Below, in pieces: positions 32,594 to 44,101 of a stretch of 64,000 bases of DNA; positions within the stretch are counted from its first letter, which is position 1, and every line of letters starts with the position of its first letter. A program made the position numbers and the translations under genes. Source of the DNA: Prorocentrum cordatum (taxonomy: Eukaryota); contig CAUYUJ010000092.1 of NCBI GenBank assembly GCA_963575745.1, positions 186,001 to 250,000 of the forward strand, written 5' to 3'. The notes below the pieces were generated by a model. It saw nothing but the letters and a program-made list of their open reading frames with translations, was not told where the DNA came from and searched no databases.

Positions 32594-33442
32594 TCGTGGC
32601 CTTCGGCCCATCTCGTCACCGTTGTGGGTCACAGGCCTCCGGGATGTTCATTGGGAGGCCGGGGTCCTGATGGGTGCCGTTTGAAGCCTCTTGGGAGCCG
32701 TTTTGTTGTTTCTTGGGGCGTATGTGGGGCTTCTTGGAGGTCTCCTGTGGCCTATCGGGGGCCTCCTGGGGAACCTCATGGGGCGGAAGACTCAGATTTT
32801 CGGTGTGTGTTCCCGTTCTTGGACCCTTCTTGGGGCTGTCTCTGAGCCCTCCTGGGCCGTCTTGAGGCCCTCTTGGGCCGTGTTGTGGCCATCTTGAAAA
32901 CCGTTTTGGGCTTCTTCGGGCGGTCTTGGGGGCCTCTTGGGCTGTCTTGGAGCGTCGGGAGCTTGAAAAGTAGAGGACCCCAAAAGTAAGTCATGCGAGA
33001 AGATCCGCTGCAGCCCAGGGAACCGCAACAAGCCCAAGAAGATTTGGCAATTTGGGCTTCGGGCCCTTTAAAAGACTCCCTAGGAATGAGGACTGATGCT
33101 TAGAGGATTGGGCAAAGGACCTGAGGGCACGCCCACTCCGTGCCCATTGACACGGTGGCGGAGACACGCGTGCAGTGGCCATACACATCAGCCGAGATGG
33201 CAAACATGCAGCTATACCGGCAGGGTAATTGGATTGCCAATCCGACGCGATGTTGTCGCATATTGAAGTTTGCACCCATCTCACCCGCCCGTCCGAAACA
33301 GAAGCATGTATTCGGCATCCGAAGGATTGTCCCATGTACGACTTCGCGAACAGGGCAGCGGCGAGGGAACAGGTGGAAGGGAGAAGGGAGGAGAGAAGGG
33401 AAAAGAAGGAACGGAGGAGGGGGAGAAACGGGAAGGACCGGC

Positions 33443-33867
33443 ACGACGATGATGATGATGATGTTGTTGTTGTTGTTGATGATGTTGTTACTGATGATGA
33501 TGCTTAAGATGATGCTGATGCTGATGCTGATGCTGATGTTGATGTTGATGTTGATGTTGATGCTGCTGCTGCTGGTGATACTGATGCTGATGATGATGAT
33601 GATGATGATGATGCTGAAGCTGATGGTGATGATGATGATGTGGTGATGGTGGTGGTGATGGTGGTGGTGGTGATGGTGGTGGTGACGGTGATGATGATGG
33701 TGGTGGTGATGATGTTGATGCTAATAGTGATGCTGATGTTGGAATAATGAATGGATGAATGAACGAATGCTGATTATGGTATTGATGCTGATGATGGTGT
33801 TGTTAATAGTGATGATGGTGATGCTGATGATGCTGATGCTGCTGATGATGATGCTGCTGATGCTGAA

Positions 33868-33903
<36 letters not shown>

Positions 33904-34090
33904 GGTGATGGTGATGGTGACGGTGAAGGTGATGATGATGATGATGATGGTGGTGGTGATGATGATGTTGATGCTAATACTGATGCTGATGCTGGATGAA
34001 TGAATGAATGAATGAATGATCGAATGCTGATGATGGTAATGATGCTGATGCTGGTGTTGATAATAGTGATGATGGTGATGCTGATGCTGC

Positions 34091-34143
<53 letters not shown>

Positions 34144-34145
34144 GT
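33443..34145. repeat. Compound (GAT/GCT/GGT)n trinucleotide tract
   Basis: Direct reading. Confidence 0.95.
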
Positions 34146-35750
34146 GGAGAAGGGGGAAGGGGAGGGCGCGGGGAAGGACGAGGAGGCGGCTGACAGGGGC
34201 CTCTGCCAGGTCTGCGCGGCCGGGGTCGACCTGCTCAAGAAGCACCAACTGCACGGGGAGCGCGGGCGCCGAGGGCGTGCGGAGGCTCCGAGCTTTTCGC
34301 CATCGCCGTCGTCGTCTTCGTCGTATTCCGTCCGCGTCCTCACCTTCGGGCTCCATTTCATCCTCTTCTGGTTCTCCCTTCTCCTCCTCCTCCTCCTCCT
34401 CCTCCTCCTCCTCCTCCTCCTCCTCCTCCCTCCACCTCCTCCTTCCCCCTCCTCCTTTCCCCTGCTTGCACTTATGACTCCTTCTCCTTCCTGGGCCCCT
34501 CCTCTCCGTCCTAGGTTCCCTTCTATCCTCTACGTATTCTCCTTCTCTCCGTCATCCTCCTCTTCGTCGTCCTATTTCCCATGCTCTTCGGTATCCTCGT
34601 CCTTCCTCCCCCCTCTCAAGCACCGCTGGTTGAAACCAGGTTGGCGGCATCGAGCCGGTTAAAACCGGGCTTTTCAGTCCGCGCCGACCCTCGGCTCATT
34701 GGTTGTCTTTGGTCGAGCTTCGCGGTGGAAGGGCTCCGTTGGCGTCCAGGGGATGAGGGGAGTCCAGCGGGCGTGGGCGCCCGCCGCCAAGAGAGTTTTG
34801 AAAGGTGGCCACTAAGATGTGCTGCATCCCTTCCTTCGCGCACGGGGAGCGTGTTCCAAGCTTCCAGTCAACTGGTACTTCCAGCCTGAAGTCGTGGCCC
34901 GTTGTGTATTCCGCTGCTCGTCTGCTGATCTGAATTGATGTCCGCGCGACCGCGCGATGTGCGCCAATGTGAAATGTTAGGGCGATTTGCGTCACGTGGT
35001 CGATGTGGTTAGATTATTATACAAAGGTGGCATCACGACCTGGTTTCTGCTTTTATGCATTGGCCTGTGAACTCGCGCGTTCAGCCGTTCAATGTGTGAG
35101 TAGCAGATGCGTCGCCGGGCATGCCACCCTTCTCGCCCTCTTCCGTCCGTGAGCTTGAGCGCTCCTGTGCAGTGCCACGTGTTCCTGTTCCTTCGGCGAG
35201 CGCTCGGTAGTTTCACGCCGCGGCGGCAAGGAAGCGCCACGAGGTGCTCGCAGGCTGCAGACTGCGCGGCAGACACAGGTGCACAGGTATCGGGTAAGGG
35301 TCGTGATTCACAACCTCACCGTGTGCGCAGCAGCAATCCCGACAAACAATCCCTCTCCGCCTCTTCCCTCTCCCCCCTCCTTCTCATCCGCATCACCCCC
35401 TGCCCCTGCTCCGACGCCCTCCTTCTCCTCCGTCTCCCTCTCCATCTCCTCCTCATTTTTCTTCCTTCCAACTCCTCCCCATCTTTCTCCCTCTCCATCT
35501 CTTCTTCTCCTTCCTCCTTCATCTTGTTCTTCCATATCCACCTTCTCCTTCGGTCCCCCCCTCCTCGCAGGCGTCCAGCTCGTCCGGCTCGGACAAGGGC
35601 AGCCGCCGCGGCTCTTTGGTCCGGCCGCTGCAGAAGACCGCGAAGTTGAAGAAGGACGAGGGCGAGGAGCAGCGGCGGGCGCCAATCCCAGACTTCCCTG
35701 ATCCCAGAATTCCACCGCGTTCTTGCCGTTGTTCTTCTCTCTCTATCTTC

Positions 35751-35940
35751 GGGGGCGGAAAAGAGGGGGGTGATGACTGAGGGGGGGTGGATATCATGGC
35801 GGGGGGCATGATATTTCCTCAGATTTCATGGCGCCTCTTCTTATTTCATTACGTCCCTGGCCCCCCAGCTGGGCCGCGCACATGCCGCCGGTCATGATTT
35901 GCACCCCCCCCTCTTGGACACCCCCCTCTTTGCCGCTCCC
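35751..35940. mobile_element. MITE-like element with terminal inverted repeats
   Basis: ggggcggaaaagaggggggtg ... cacccccctctttgccgctcc, with a second inner ggggggtg/caccccccc pair. Confidence 0.55.
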
Positions 35941-36724
35941 GATATCTCTGTCTCTCGCTCGCTCTCTTCCTCTTCTCCCCAAGCAGCATAAGGAATTGGG
36001 CCCGTCCACGGCCCCCTCCCGTCCTTCGCTGCCCCATGTGTCCAAACAGCAGGGCCGTCCGCGGCCCCGGCGGCCCCGTTCCCGCCTGTCGCTGCCGCCC
36101 CGTTTCCCCCCTCCCGTGGCACTGCAGTCGCATTGCGTTGCGCTGCAGTCGTTTTGCATTGCATTTCAGTCGCAGTGCATAGCGTTGCACCGCATTGCTG
36201 TAGGTCGTATCACATCACGTTGCATTTCTTTGCAGTGATTTGCGCCACGTAGACTGCGCCACATGGATTGCGCCACCTAGATTGCACCACATTGATTGCA
36301 CCACCTAGACTGCACCGCAGTGGCGTCAAGGAATCATTGGTTGGGTCCACGCAGGCTACATCTGTCTCTCTCTCTCTCTCGGTCTCTCTCGTTCTCTCTC
36401 TTTCTCTCTCTCTCCCTCTCTGTTGTTGATGACGTGTGTTGTCAAGTTCGGCGTCCAGAGGCCATTTTCGAGGCCGTGGGCCAGAATAAAGACGCCCCGG
36501 GTGCAAAATGACCCCCCGGGCGGGGGCCACAGCTCTGGTGGACCTCGTCGCGAAGAGATCACGCCGCCAAAAATCAGGGCGTCCACGCGTGTGCTCAATC
36601 ACTTGTCGTCTGAACCCGCCTGTGACTGCACGAGAGCTCCGCCCGCGTCACTCGCTAGTTCACTCGAGCCCCGAGCCCCTCTCCCCCAAGCACACGGCAC
36701 TGCCCAAAGCTCTGCACGCACGAA

Positions 36725-36909
36725 ATGGGTATTGAAAGAATGGGTACAATGCCCAACAGCGGATCTGGTTCATTTTGAACAGGGCTCGCTGTCCACGCCG
36801 CCGCGGCCTGTGTCCATTCGAGACAGGAGGCCGCCTGCCCAACAGCGGCCGCTGTTGGTTTGGGACAACATTTGCAGTTGGACATTGTACCCATTTTTTC
36901 GGTACCCAT
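36725..36909. mobile_element. MITE-like element with 36-bp TIRs
   Basis: atgggtattgaaagaatgggtacaatgcccaacagc versus the reverse complement of 36874-36909 (atgggtaccgaaaaaatgggtacaatgtccaactgc): 31/36 identical. Confidence 0.7.
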
Positions 36910-38109
36910 GTCGGGCGTCCAAAAAAGCAGGCGGTGCCCGCCGCAGCCGAGGTGCCGACGCGATTGGTACGAAGAACGGATTTCAGCACGTTGATCAGGA
37001 GGGGGGGGGGCCGGGGGAAGAGGGCATCCACTTGCACCGTACCATGCAAATCCTGCGCCTGAGATCCTACGCCAGCGTGGCGCATCCATGGATGATGGGT
37101 TCATGGCTTCATCTTGACAGATTGCCAGCGCAAGCGGATACGTAGCCGGACTCCTCCCGAGGAGGGGGCGCCGAGCGCAGTGAAGGTTCCTCACGCGTGC
37201 GGACCAACGTTTTCTTCGCGACCATTGGTTCCAGCAAAAAGAAGATCCCCTTTCGGAGCGAGCGGGTCGAAGCTCCTTGCCATTCGTTCTGATCCTGCTC
37301 CTGTTGTTCCTCTCTCCTCCCTCCTTCCTCCTCCCACCCTCCTCCTCCCACAGATCGCGATTCTGCTACGACAGATGCCGACTCCCGAATCAAAGCTGCG
37401 CGGAAAAAGTCCGGCCTGCAAGCTCGCGCTCTTCACGAGACAGTTTGCGATTGTGCAGCGGCATTCTCATTCCCGTTCGACATTGTGCTGGCCCTTGGCA
37501 AGTGACAGTTCCGCTGGAGTCACGGGTGCTGTCCATGCACCGCCACGTGCTCAGGATGATTCTTCGACTTCCACGCCGCAGCACCAGATGCGGCATCCCA
37601 GCAGTAGTAACAGAACGACCACCGCATGCGGCTCCACCAGCAGACTAAAGCAGCAACGACGTCACCGCGTTATCGAGCCCATGCTCCCGCACAAACGCCA
37701 CGGGAGCCATGGCAAGCGTGGGTCTGGCTCACGACGGAACAGATTGAATAATATTGTGCCGAACTTGGGTACGAGTCTAACACGGTTGTAACCAATTTGG
37801 GTACGAATCTAATCCGGTTGTAACCAGCACATATTGACAGTTTCAATGGAGCTCTTTTTGGGAAGCGCTGATAATCGGAAGCACCGCACAACGCGAGCAG
37901 CGCCATTATCACAACGAGCGGCACGCATGGCGTGTATAAGTGTGGGAGTGGGGTCGAATAACCCCATGCTGCAGATAATAAGCCCTAAGGGATAATAAAG
38001 TTCTGGGTTTTCGGGGGGATAATAAAAGTTGCCCGCCAGAGCCAGCATAAAGAGATATCAGGAGGAAAAAGCCAAAGATATCTTGAGAACCCTTGGTGTT
38101 TGGTCCTCT

Positions 38110-38270
38110 ATGAGACATCCTCAACAATGATTTTTCTCGGTTGAGGCATCCTCAACGAATTTTTTGTTTCGCTTGAGACATCCTCGAAATATTTGCCTGT
38201 TTCGCTGGAGACATCTTCAAATTATTGCTTATTTCGCTTGAGACATCCTTGAAATCATTGCTTGTTTCGA
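38110..38270. repeat. 32-bp repeat array (left terminal, ~5 units)
   Basis: Core GTTTCGCTTGAGACATCCTCGA plus a ~10-nt variable linker. Confidence 0.9.
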
Positions 38271-38286
38271 AAAAAAACTACTAAGG

Positions 38287-38691
38287 CTAGGGCGCACCCT
38301 CGAGCGCCCACTTGCGCTGGAGCCGCTCGGAGAGCGCCTCTACAACAGGCTCGGGCTCAAGCTTCGGGCGCTTGCCGCTGCCGTCCTCGGGCTCGTCGTC
38401 CTCGGGCTCCTCGTCCTCTGGTTGCGGTGCGGACTTGCGGCGCTTGGCGTTCTGCCAGGCTCGCTTCTCCTCGTTGTCACTGCTGCGAGGGATCTCCTCC
38501 AGCTCCTTGGTGCGCTTCTGGCTCTTGACGTCCTCGAGCGGTTTCTCGTTCCCGCTCCCCTTGGAGTCCTGGAGCGGTTTCTCCTCCTTCTTGGGGTCCT
38601 CGCGCTTCTCGCTCTCCATGGGTGCCTCGAGCGGTAGCTGCGTGTTTATCTCGGGCATATCACCCATGTCGAAGAAGCTCGGCAAAGACAT
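38287..38691 (-). CDS. Accessory gene 5: 134-aa charged, disordered protein with NLS-like AKRRK and KRPK
   Basis: The first in-frame ATG downstream of the SL-like motif is at 38691, with GC3-rich codons. The upstream part of the 193-aa ORF is repeat-array read-through. Confidence 0.65.
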   Translation of the reverse strand: MSLPSFFDMGDMPEINTQLPLEAPMESEKREDPKKEEKPLQDSKGSGNEKPLEDVKSQKRTKELEEIPRSSDNEEKRAWQNAKRRKSAPQPEDEEPEDDEPEDGSGKRPKLEPEPVVEALSERLQRKWALEGAP

Positions 38692-38768
38692 CCTTGATAC
38701 TCGGAGCTGTGGCGCTCTGTCGCGTTGGCTTGGGCCTTGGTTTGTGAAACTTTTGGGAAGCTCTGAAT

Positions 38769-38792
38769 CTTGAGCCACCAAATGGCTACGGA
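38769..38792 (-). promoter_or_regulatory. Genome-encoded dinoflagellate spliced-leader-like motif
   Basis: The minus strand reads TCCGTAGCCATTTGGTGGCTCAAG, which is DinoSL DCCGTAGCCATTTTGGCTCAAG with a 2-nt insertion. It lies 77 nt before the ATG. Confidence 0.85.
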
Positions 38793-38805
38793 GATCAGTC
38801 TTGCT

Positions 38806-39125
38806 TGTTTCGCTTGAGACGTCCTCAAAGAAAGCATTCCTTGTCTCGCTTGAGGCATCCTCGACCAATCTCTCGTTTCGCTTGAGACACCCTCTAAATA
38901 AATGTTTGTTTCGCCTGAGGCATCCTCAAAGAATTGCTGGTTTCGCTTGAGACATCCTCGACATGATTGTCTGCTTCGCTTGAGACCTCCTCGAACTAAG
39001 TGTTGGTTTCGCCTGAGACATCGTCAAATAATTCCTTATTTCGCTTGAGACATCATTCAAGTAAGTGTTTGTCTCGCTTGAGGTGTCCTCGAACAATTGC
39101 TTATTTCGCTTGAGACATCCTCGGA
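38806..39125. repeat. 32-bp repeat array (~10 units) upstream of gene 5
   Basis: Same core motif and orientation as the other arrays. Confidence 0.92.
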
Positions 39126-39196
39126 ATCGCATTGTGTGTTGTTTTGTTTTGCTAGGGTCTCGCGCAGAAGCTCGGAACAGCTGAGACTGCTCGCAG

Positions 39197-41112
39197 TCAA
39201 ATATTCATAACCTTGCTCTCGAACTCCTTGGCTGCCCTCGCAAGGAAACCCTTCTTGCGCACCGCCTCGAAGTGCTCGCCCATGCACGCCCTGCATCCTT
39301 TGGACCCGTCCTTGAGCATCTCGCATGTCTTGCAATCTTTGGCCGCTTGCAGGGTTGCCTCGAGGGTGGCGTGCTTGGGCTCGGTCTCCAGCGGATCCTT
39401 GGCCTTGCTCTTGGCCTTGCCCCTGGGTTTGGCCTTGCCCTTTGCCTTGGCCTGGGCGGCAGCGTTGTCGCTCGCATCTAGCAGCTTCTGGATCCACTCG
39501 TTGCCTCGCGAGTAGATGTCCTTGATGGTGCTCGGAGGCAGGCGGCCTTCGCCGCGGATCTCGCGCAGGGCGCGCTCGAACCACCTCGTCACCCACAGGC
39601 CGCAGGACCACCCGTCAAGTTGAAACCTCGTGTTGCTCGGAGTGGGGCACTCGACCTCAGGGCCCAGGAGCTTGTGGAGGATCCTCGTGGCCGCCTGCTT
39701 GGCGGACTCGGACGGTACCTTGAGGGCGTCTCGGTACTCGATGGCCTTGTTGGCGTGCTCCTTGGTCACCTTGAGGTAGGCGTAGTGCGCTGGGTTCTCG
39801 CTGTGGACGCAAATGAGGATGCGCTTGGCGTTCTCGACTTTTTCGAGGCAGGCCTTCTGCTCGTTCTGGGCCTCGGTCGCGGGCTCGTCGTCGCCTTGGT
39901 CTCCTCGAGCCCAGGTGACAGCGATTGTCGGCTCGATCAGCAGGACATCCTCGGGAACGCCCGCTCGCTCCTCGATCTCGCCTATCAGGGCTCGCACTGT
40001 GCCGAGCTCGAGGGTGCGGTTCTTCTTGACGAATTCGCAATTCGTGATCGCCAGATGCTTGGCGAGCTCGGTGCGCCTGAACATCCTGCACACTCGCCAA
40101 TCTATATTGAGGGGCTTGGCGGGCGTCCACTCCTGCTCGACCACGACCTCCCAGGCTCGAGGGCCGATGGGCCACTGGGGGCGACCTCCCGCTCGGCTTC
40201 CGCTGCCCTTCCGCTCGGCTTCCGCGCGAGCTCCCGCTCGGCTTCCGCGTCAGATTCCGCCCTGCTTCCGCTGGCCCTTCTGCTCGGCTTCCGCCCATGC
40301 CCCATTGCCCTTCGAGCCTGGCTGGAACGGATCTGGAAGATCGCCGCCGTCCCGACCTCGAGCACCCGGAGCTGGCACTCGCCCTCGCAGTCTTTGACGC
40401 GTCAGACGTATTGAACTCTGCCGCGCCTGCCCTCGTGCAAGCACTCCTCGTCGACCCGCGCGATCTTGCCGTGCCAGGGCGAGTCCTTGCAAGGCTCGAG
40501 GCCCCCGTTCTGCTTCTTCTTGTCTGTTGCCGTCTTGTTATGCTTCGCTTTCAGTTTCTGCTTGAGCCCTTTTCTGAGAAGGAGGTCTTCGGCTTGGGGG
40601 CTCGCCCTGTCGGCGTCGCTCTGGCGATGCCTCGACTCTTGCTCTCGAGTGCGTCTCGGCCCTTCTGCTCGCGATTCGCCTTGTTCCACTTGGCCGCCAG
40701 CTTGCCCGCGCGCTGGCCTCGGAACTTGCCCGCCCACTTGTTCTTGCGCTCGCTTCCCTTGCGAAGCCTGACTCGGCCTTCCAGGGCGCGCGGGAACTGG
40801 GTATTCTTGATGCGCTCCTCTGGCGGCTTGAGCATCTCTCGCTGCTCGTCTGCGAGCCCGAGGTCTAGCCCTGCAAGCTCGAGGAGGCAGGGGTTCTCGT
40901 CGTCCGCGTAGCCCCTCGGCAAGTCCTCGACTGCGAAGCACTCGCCGTCTAGCAAGCTCCAGTCGGGCACTGGGGGCACGTTCTCGGGCCAGCTCGCAGC
41001 GGCCTCGAGCTTCCCCCTGGCCAGTCTCGGCTCGATGCCTCTGCCAGCCTCGATGGTGCAGCTCCAGGGTCCGTCGCCCGTCGCGATCTTCAGCTCGTTC
41101 TGCTCGGTCGGC
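39197..41112 (-). pseudogene. Exon 2 of the transposase fusion: basic linker, Ulp1/C48-like cysteine protease and C-terminal CxxC...CxxC; disrupted by two frameshifts and one stop
   Basis: ILICVH..AHYAYLKV, YRDAL and RFQLDGWSCGLWVTRW give the H-D-Q-C order of clan CE/Ulp1 proteases. The tail contains CKTC..GCRAC. Coding-like sequence is stitched from ORFs 40551..40979, 40402..41259 (3' part), 40102..40365 and 39197..40144. Confidence 0.75.
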
Positions 41113-41257
41113 CTCGCCGCGACTCGCCCCCCTCCTCATCCTTGGCCTCCTCCTCCTTGCCCTCTCCCTCCCCCCCCCCCCCCCCCCCCCCCACCCCCAC
41201 CCCCCCCTCTTCCGGGCGCCGCGGGGCGAGGGGGGGGGGAGATATAAGGTTATATAC

Positions 41258-41316
<59 letters not shown>

Positions 41317-41329
41317 AAAAAAAAAAAAA

Positions 41330-41392
<63 letters not shown>

Positions 41393-41402
41393 AAAAAAAC
41401 CT

Positions 41403-41494
<92 letters not shown>

Positions 41495-41599
41495 TATGAT
41501 CAAACAAAATCCAAAGAACACGCATACATATAAAGGAAAAGAAGAAGAGCAGGGGGAGCAGGAGGAGGAGAGAGGAGCGGAGAAGGAAGAAGCGAAAAC

Positions 41600-42842
41600 C
41601 CAAAGTTCAAAACTAATTAGATTTAATTTGTAAACGATTAATGAAAATTAAGATTTTCATCTGGTCGTGTAGGGTAGCTCATGCGCTTAGTTTTCCCAGG
41701 AACGCGTCGGCTTTTTACATTTTTATCGCGCAGAACTGAAGCTCGGAGGTGCGCGCGCGCGTGCGCCTCTGAGCTTCACTTCTATATTATTCACCATTAA
41801 TAAATCTATGTCAAAAACGAAATCGAAAATTTCTCTGAAGGAACGCGTCTTTTTTTGTATTTTTTAATGCAGAACTGAAGCTCGGAAGCGCGCGCGCGCC
41901 GTGGCCGGGCCACCCGCGCGCGCGCGCGGGCGGCCCGGTCACCGCGCGCGAGCTTCAGCTCTGTATTATAAAAATATTGAAAAGCCGACACGTTCTTCAG
42001 CCTCCGTAAAGGGCCCCAGAAATTTTCGATTTCGTTTTTGGCATGGAATGTAGATTTATGAATGGTGAATAATATAGAAGCGAAGCTTGGTGGAGCGCCG
42101 CCGCGCGCGCGGCGGCGCGCCTCCGAGCTTCAATTCTACATTTGATAAATACAAAAAGATTCAAATGGTTTCTACAGAATTTTGCGCGCATTCCTGTAAT
42201 TCTTATAGGTCCCCTAAGATTCCGACTGGTTTCCATAGAGATTCCTATTGGTTTCTTCAGAGATTCCCCATGTGCCTCGTTTTCCCAGGATATTCAACCA
42301 CAGCGATAAACAAGTTCAGGGGGGCAGGGGGAGGAGAAGAAATATATAAAGATAAATAGAAATATAGAAAGAGAAGAGGAGGTAGAGGAGGAAGAGGAGG
42401 AGGAGGAGAAACAGCGAGAGGAGGAGAGGAGAAGGAGATAGCAACAATCCAAAGTTTAAAACTTATTACATTTAATTTGTAAACGCCTAATGAAAATTAA
42501 AATTTCCATCTGCTCATGTAGGGTAGCTCATGTGCTTAGTTTCCCCAGGATGATCAACCCCAGCGATGAGCAAGTTCAGGGGGGCGGGGAGACAGGAAGA
42601 AAAAGAAGTAGAAAGAGAGAGATAGAGAAATAAGAAAAGAAACATGGGAATAATGAGAAGGAGGAAGAGCACGAGAAGCAGAGGAAGAGGAAGAAGCAAA
42701 CATCCAAAGTTCAAAACTTACTAGATTTAATTTGTAAGCGCTTCGTAAACATTAAAATTTCCATCTCTTCGTGCAAGGTAGCTCATGCGCTTAGTTTTCC
42801 CAGGATAACCAACCCCAGCGACGAACAAGTTCAGGGCGCCAG
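41600..42842. repeat. ~135-bp AT-rich dispersed module (copies ~41600, ~42279 partial, ~42449, ~42704; also ~49330, ~49572)
   Basis: caaagttcaaaact.attagatttaatttgtaa...gtagctcatg(c/t)gcttagttttcccagga...aacaagttcaggg recurs, separated by purine-rich tracts. Confidence 0.88.
41700..42160. other. Nested multi-hairpin/foldback element
   Basis: Three GC-cored hairpins with GAAGCT...AGCTTC stems (~41731-41783, 41869-41963, 42075-42139). 41700-41727 is inverted at 41968-41995, and 41772-41834 is inverted at 42018-42087. Confidence 0.8.
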
Positions 42843-43714
42843 GAGGGGGGGAGGAGAAAGAGATAGAGAAATATATAGAGATATATAGATAGGGGAGAGA
42901 GAGAGAGAGAGAGAGAAAAAATGAAGAAAGAAATAAAGAAAGAAAGAGAGAGAGAGAGAGAAAAAAAAAGGAAAACGTGAGAGAGGAAGAAGAGGAGGGA
43001 GAGAGAATAAGGAGGAGGAGGAGGAGGACGAGCAGGAAGAGGAGAGAAGGTAGGGGAGCAGGAGGCAGAGGAGGGGGAGGGGAAGGGGCAGGATGAGAAG
43101 GAGGAGAAGGAGGAAAAGAAAGGAGGAGCAGGAGGAGGTGGAACAGAACAGGATTCCTCAAGCACTGCTTGTTTCGCTTGAGACATCCTTGAACAAACGC
43201 CTGATTCGCTTGGGACATCCTCGAACGAATGCTTGAGGTCGTCTTGGAAGCTTTCTCGGAGATCCTCCTGGGATTCTCTTGAATTCGTTGAAGATCCAAG
43301 CTCCAGGCTCGAGATCCCCCTCCTCCTCCTCCTCCTCGACCCCCTCCTCCTCCTCCTCTTCTTCCTCTTCTTCCTCTTCCTCCTCCTCCCCCCTCCTCCC
43401 TCCTCCCTGCTCCCTCCTCCCTCATCCCTCTTCCCTCCCGCCTCCCTCTCCTCCTCCTCCTCATCCTCCCCCTCCTCCTCCTCCTCCTCCTTATCCTCCT
43501 CCCGCCCGCCGCCTCGCTGCGAGCATCTGGTTCGCTTGAGACATCCTTGAACAAACGCCTGATTCGCCTGAGACATCCTCGAACGAATGCTTGAGGTCGT
43601 CTTGGAAGCTTTCTCGGAGATCCTCTTGAGATTCTCTTGGAATCGTTGAAGATCCAAGCTCCAGGCTCGAGATCCTCCTCCTCCTCCTCCTCCTCCTCCT
43701 CCTCCTTGACCTCC

Positions 43715-43746
<32 letters not shown>

Positions 43747-43946
43747 CTCCTCCCCCCTCCTCCCTCCTCCCGCCCCCTCCTCCCTCCTCCCCCTCCCTCC
43801 CCCCCACCCCTCCTCCCTCTCCTCCTCCTCCTCCTCCTCCTCCTCCCCTCTCCTCCTCCTCCTCCTCCTCCTCCTCCTCCTCCTCCTCCTCCTCCTCCTC
43901 CTCCTCCTCCTCCCTCCTCCTCCTCCCTCCTCCTCCCTCCTCCTCC

Positions 43947-43977
<31 letters not shown>

Positions 43978-44101
43978 TCCTCCTCCCCCTCCTCCTCCTC
44001 TCCTCCCCTCCTCCTCCTCCTCCTCCTCCTCCTCCTCCTCCTCCCCTCCTCCTCCCTCCCCCCATCCTCCTCCCCCTCCTCCTCCTCTTCCCTCCCACCG
44101 C

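Larger units (their letters stand above)
41113..44101 (-). other. Putative 2989-bp GC-AG intron (or insertion) splitting the transposase-protease gene
   Basis: Donor GCAGCGAG|GC at 44102/44101 and acceptor GCGGCGAG|G at 41113/41112. Splicing gives in-frame QMLAAR-PTEQNELKIA. Confidence 0.6.

Noticed and set aside
42727..44101. C-terminal ~450 aa of the 1169-aa ORF
   Set aside because: This is translation of (CCT)n tracts and repeats, not protein; the true continuation is at 41112.
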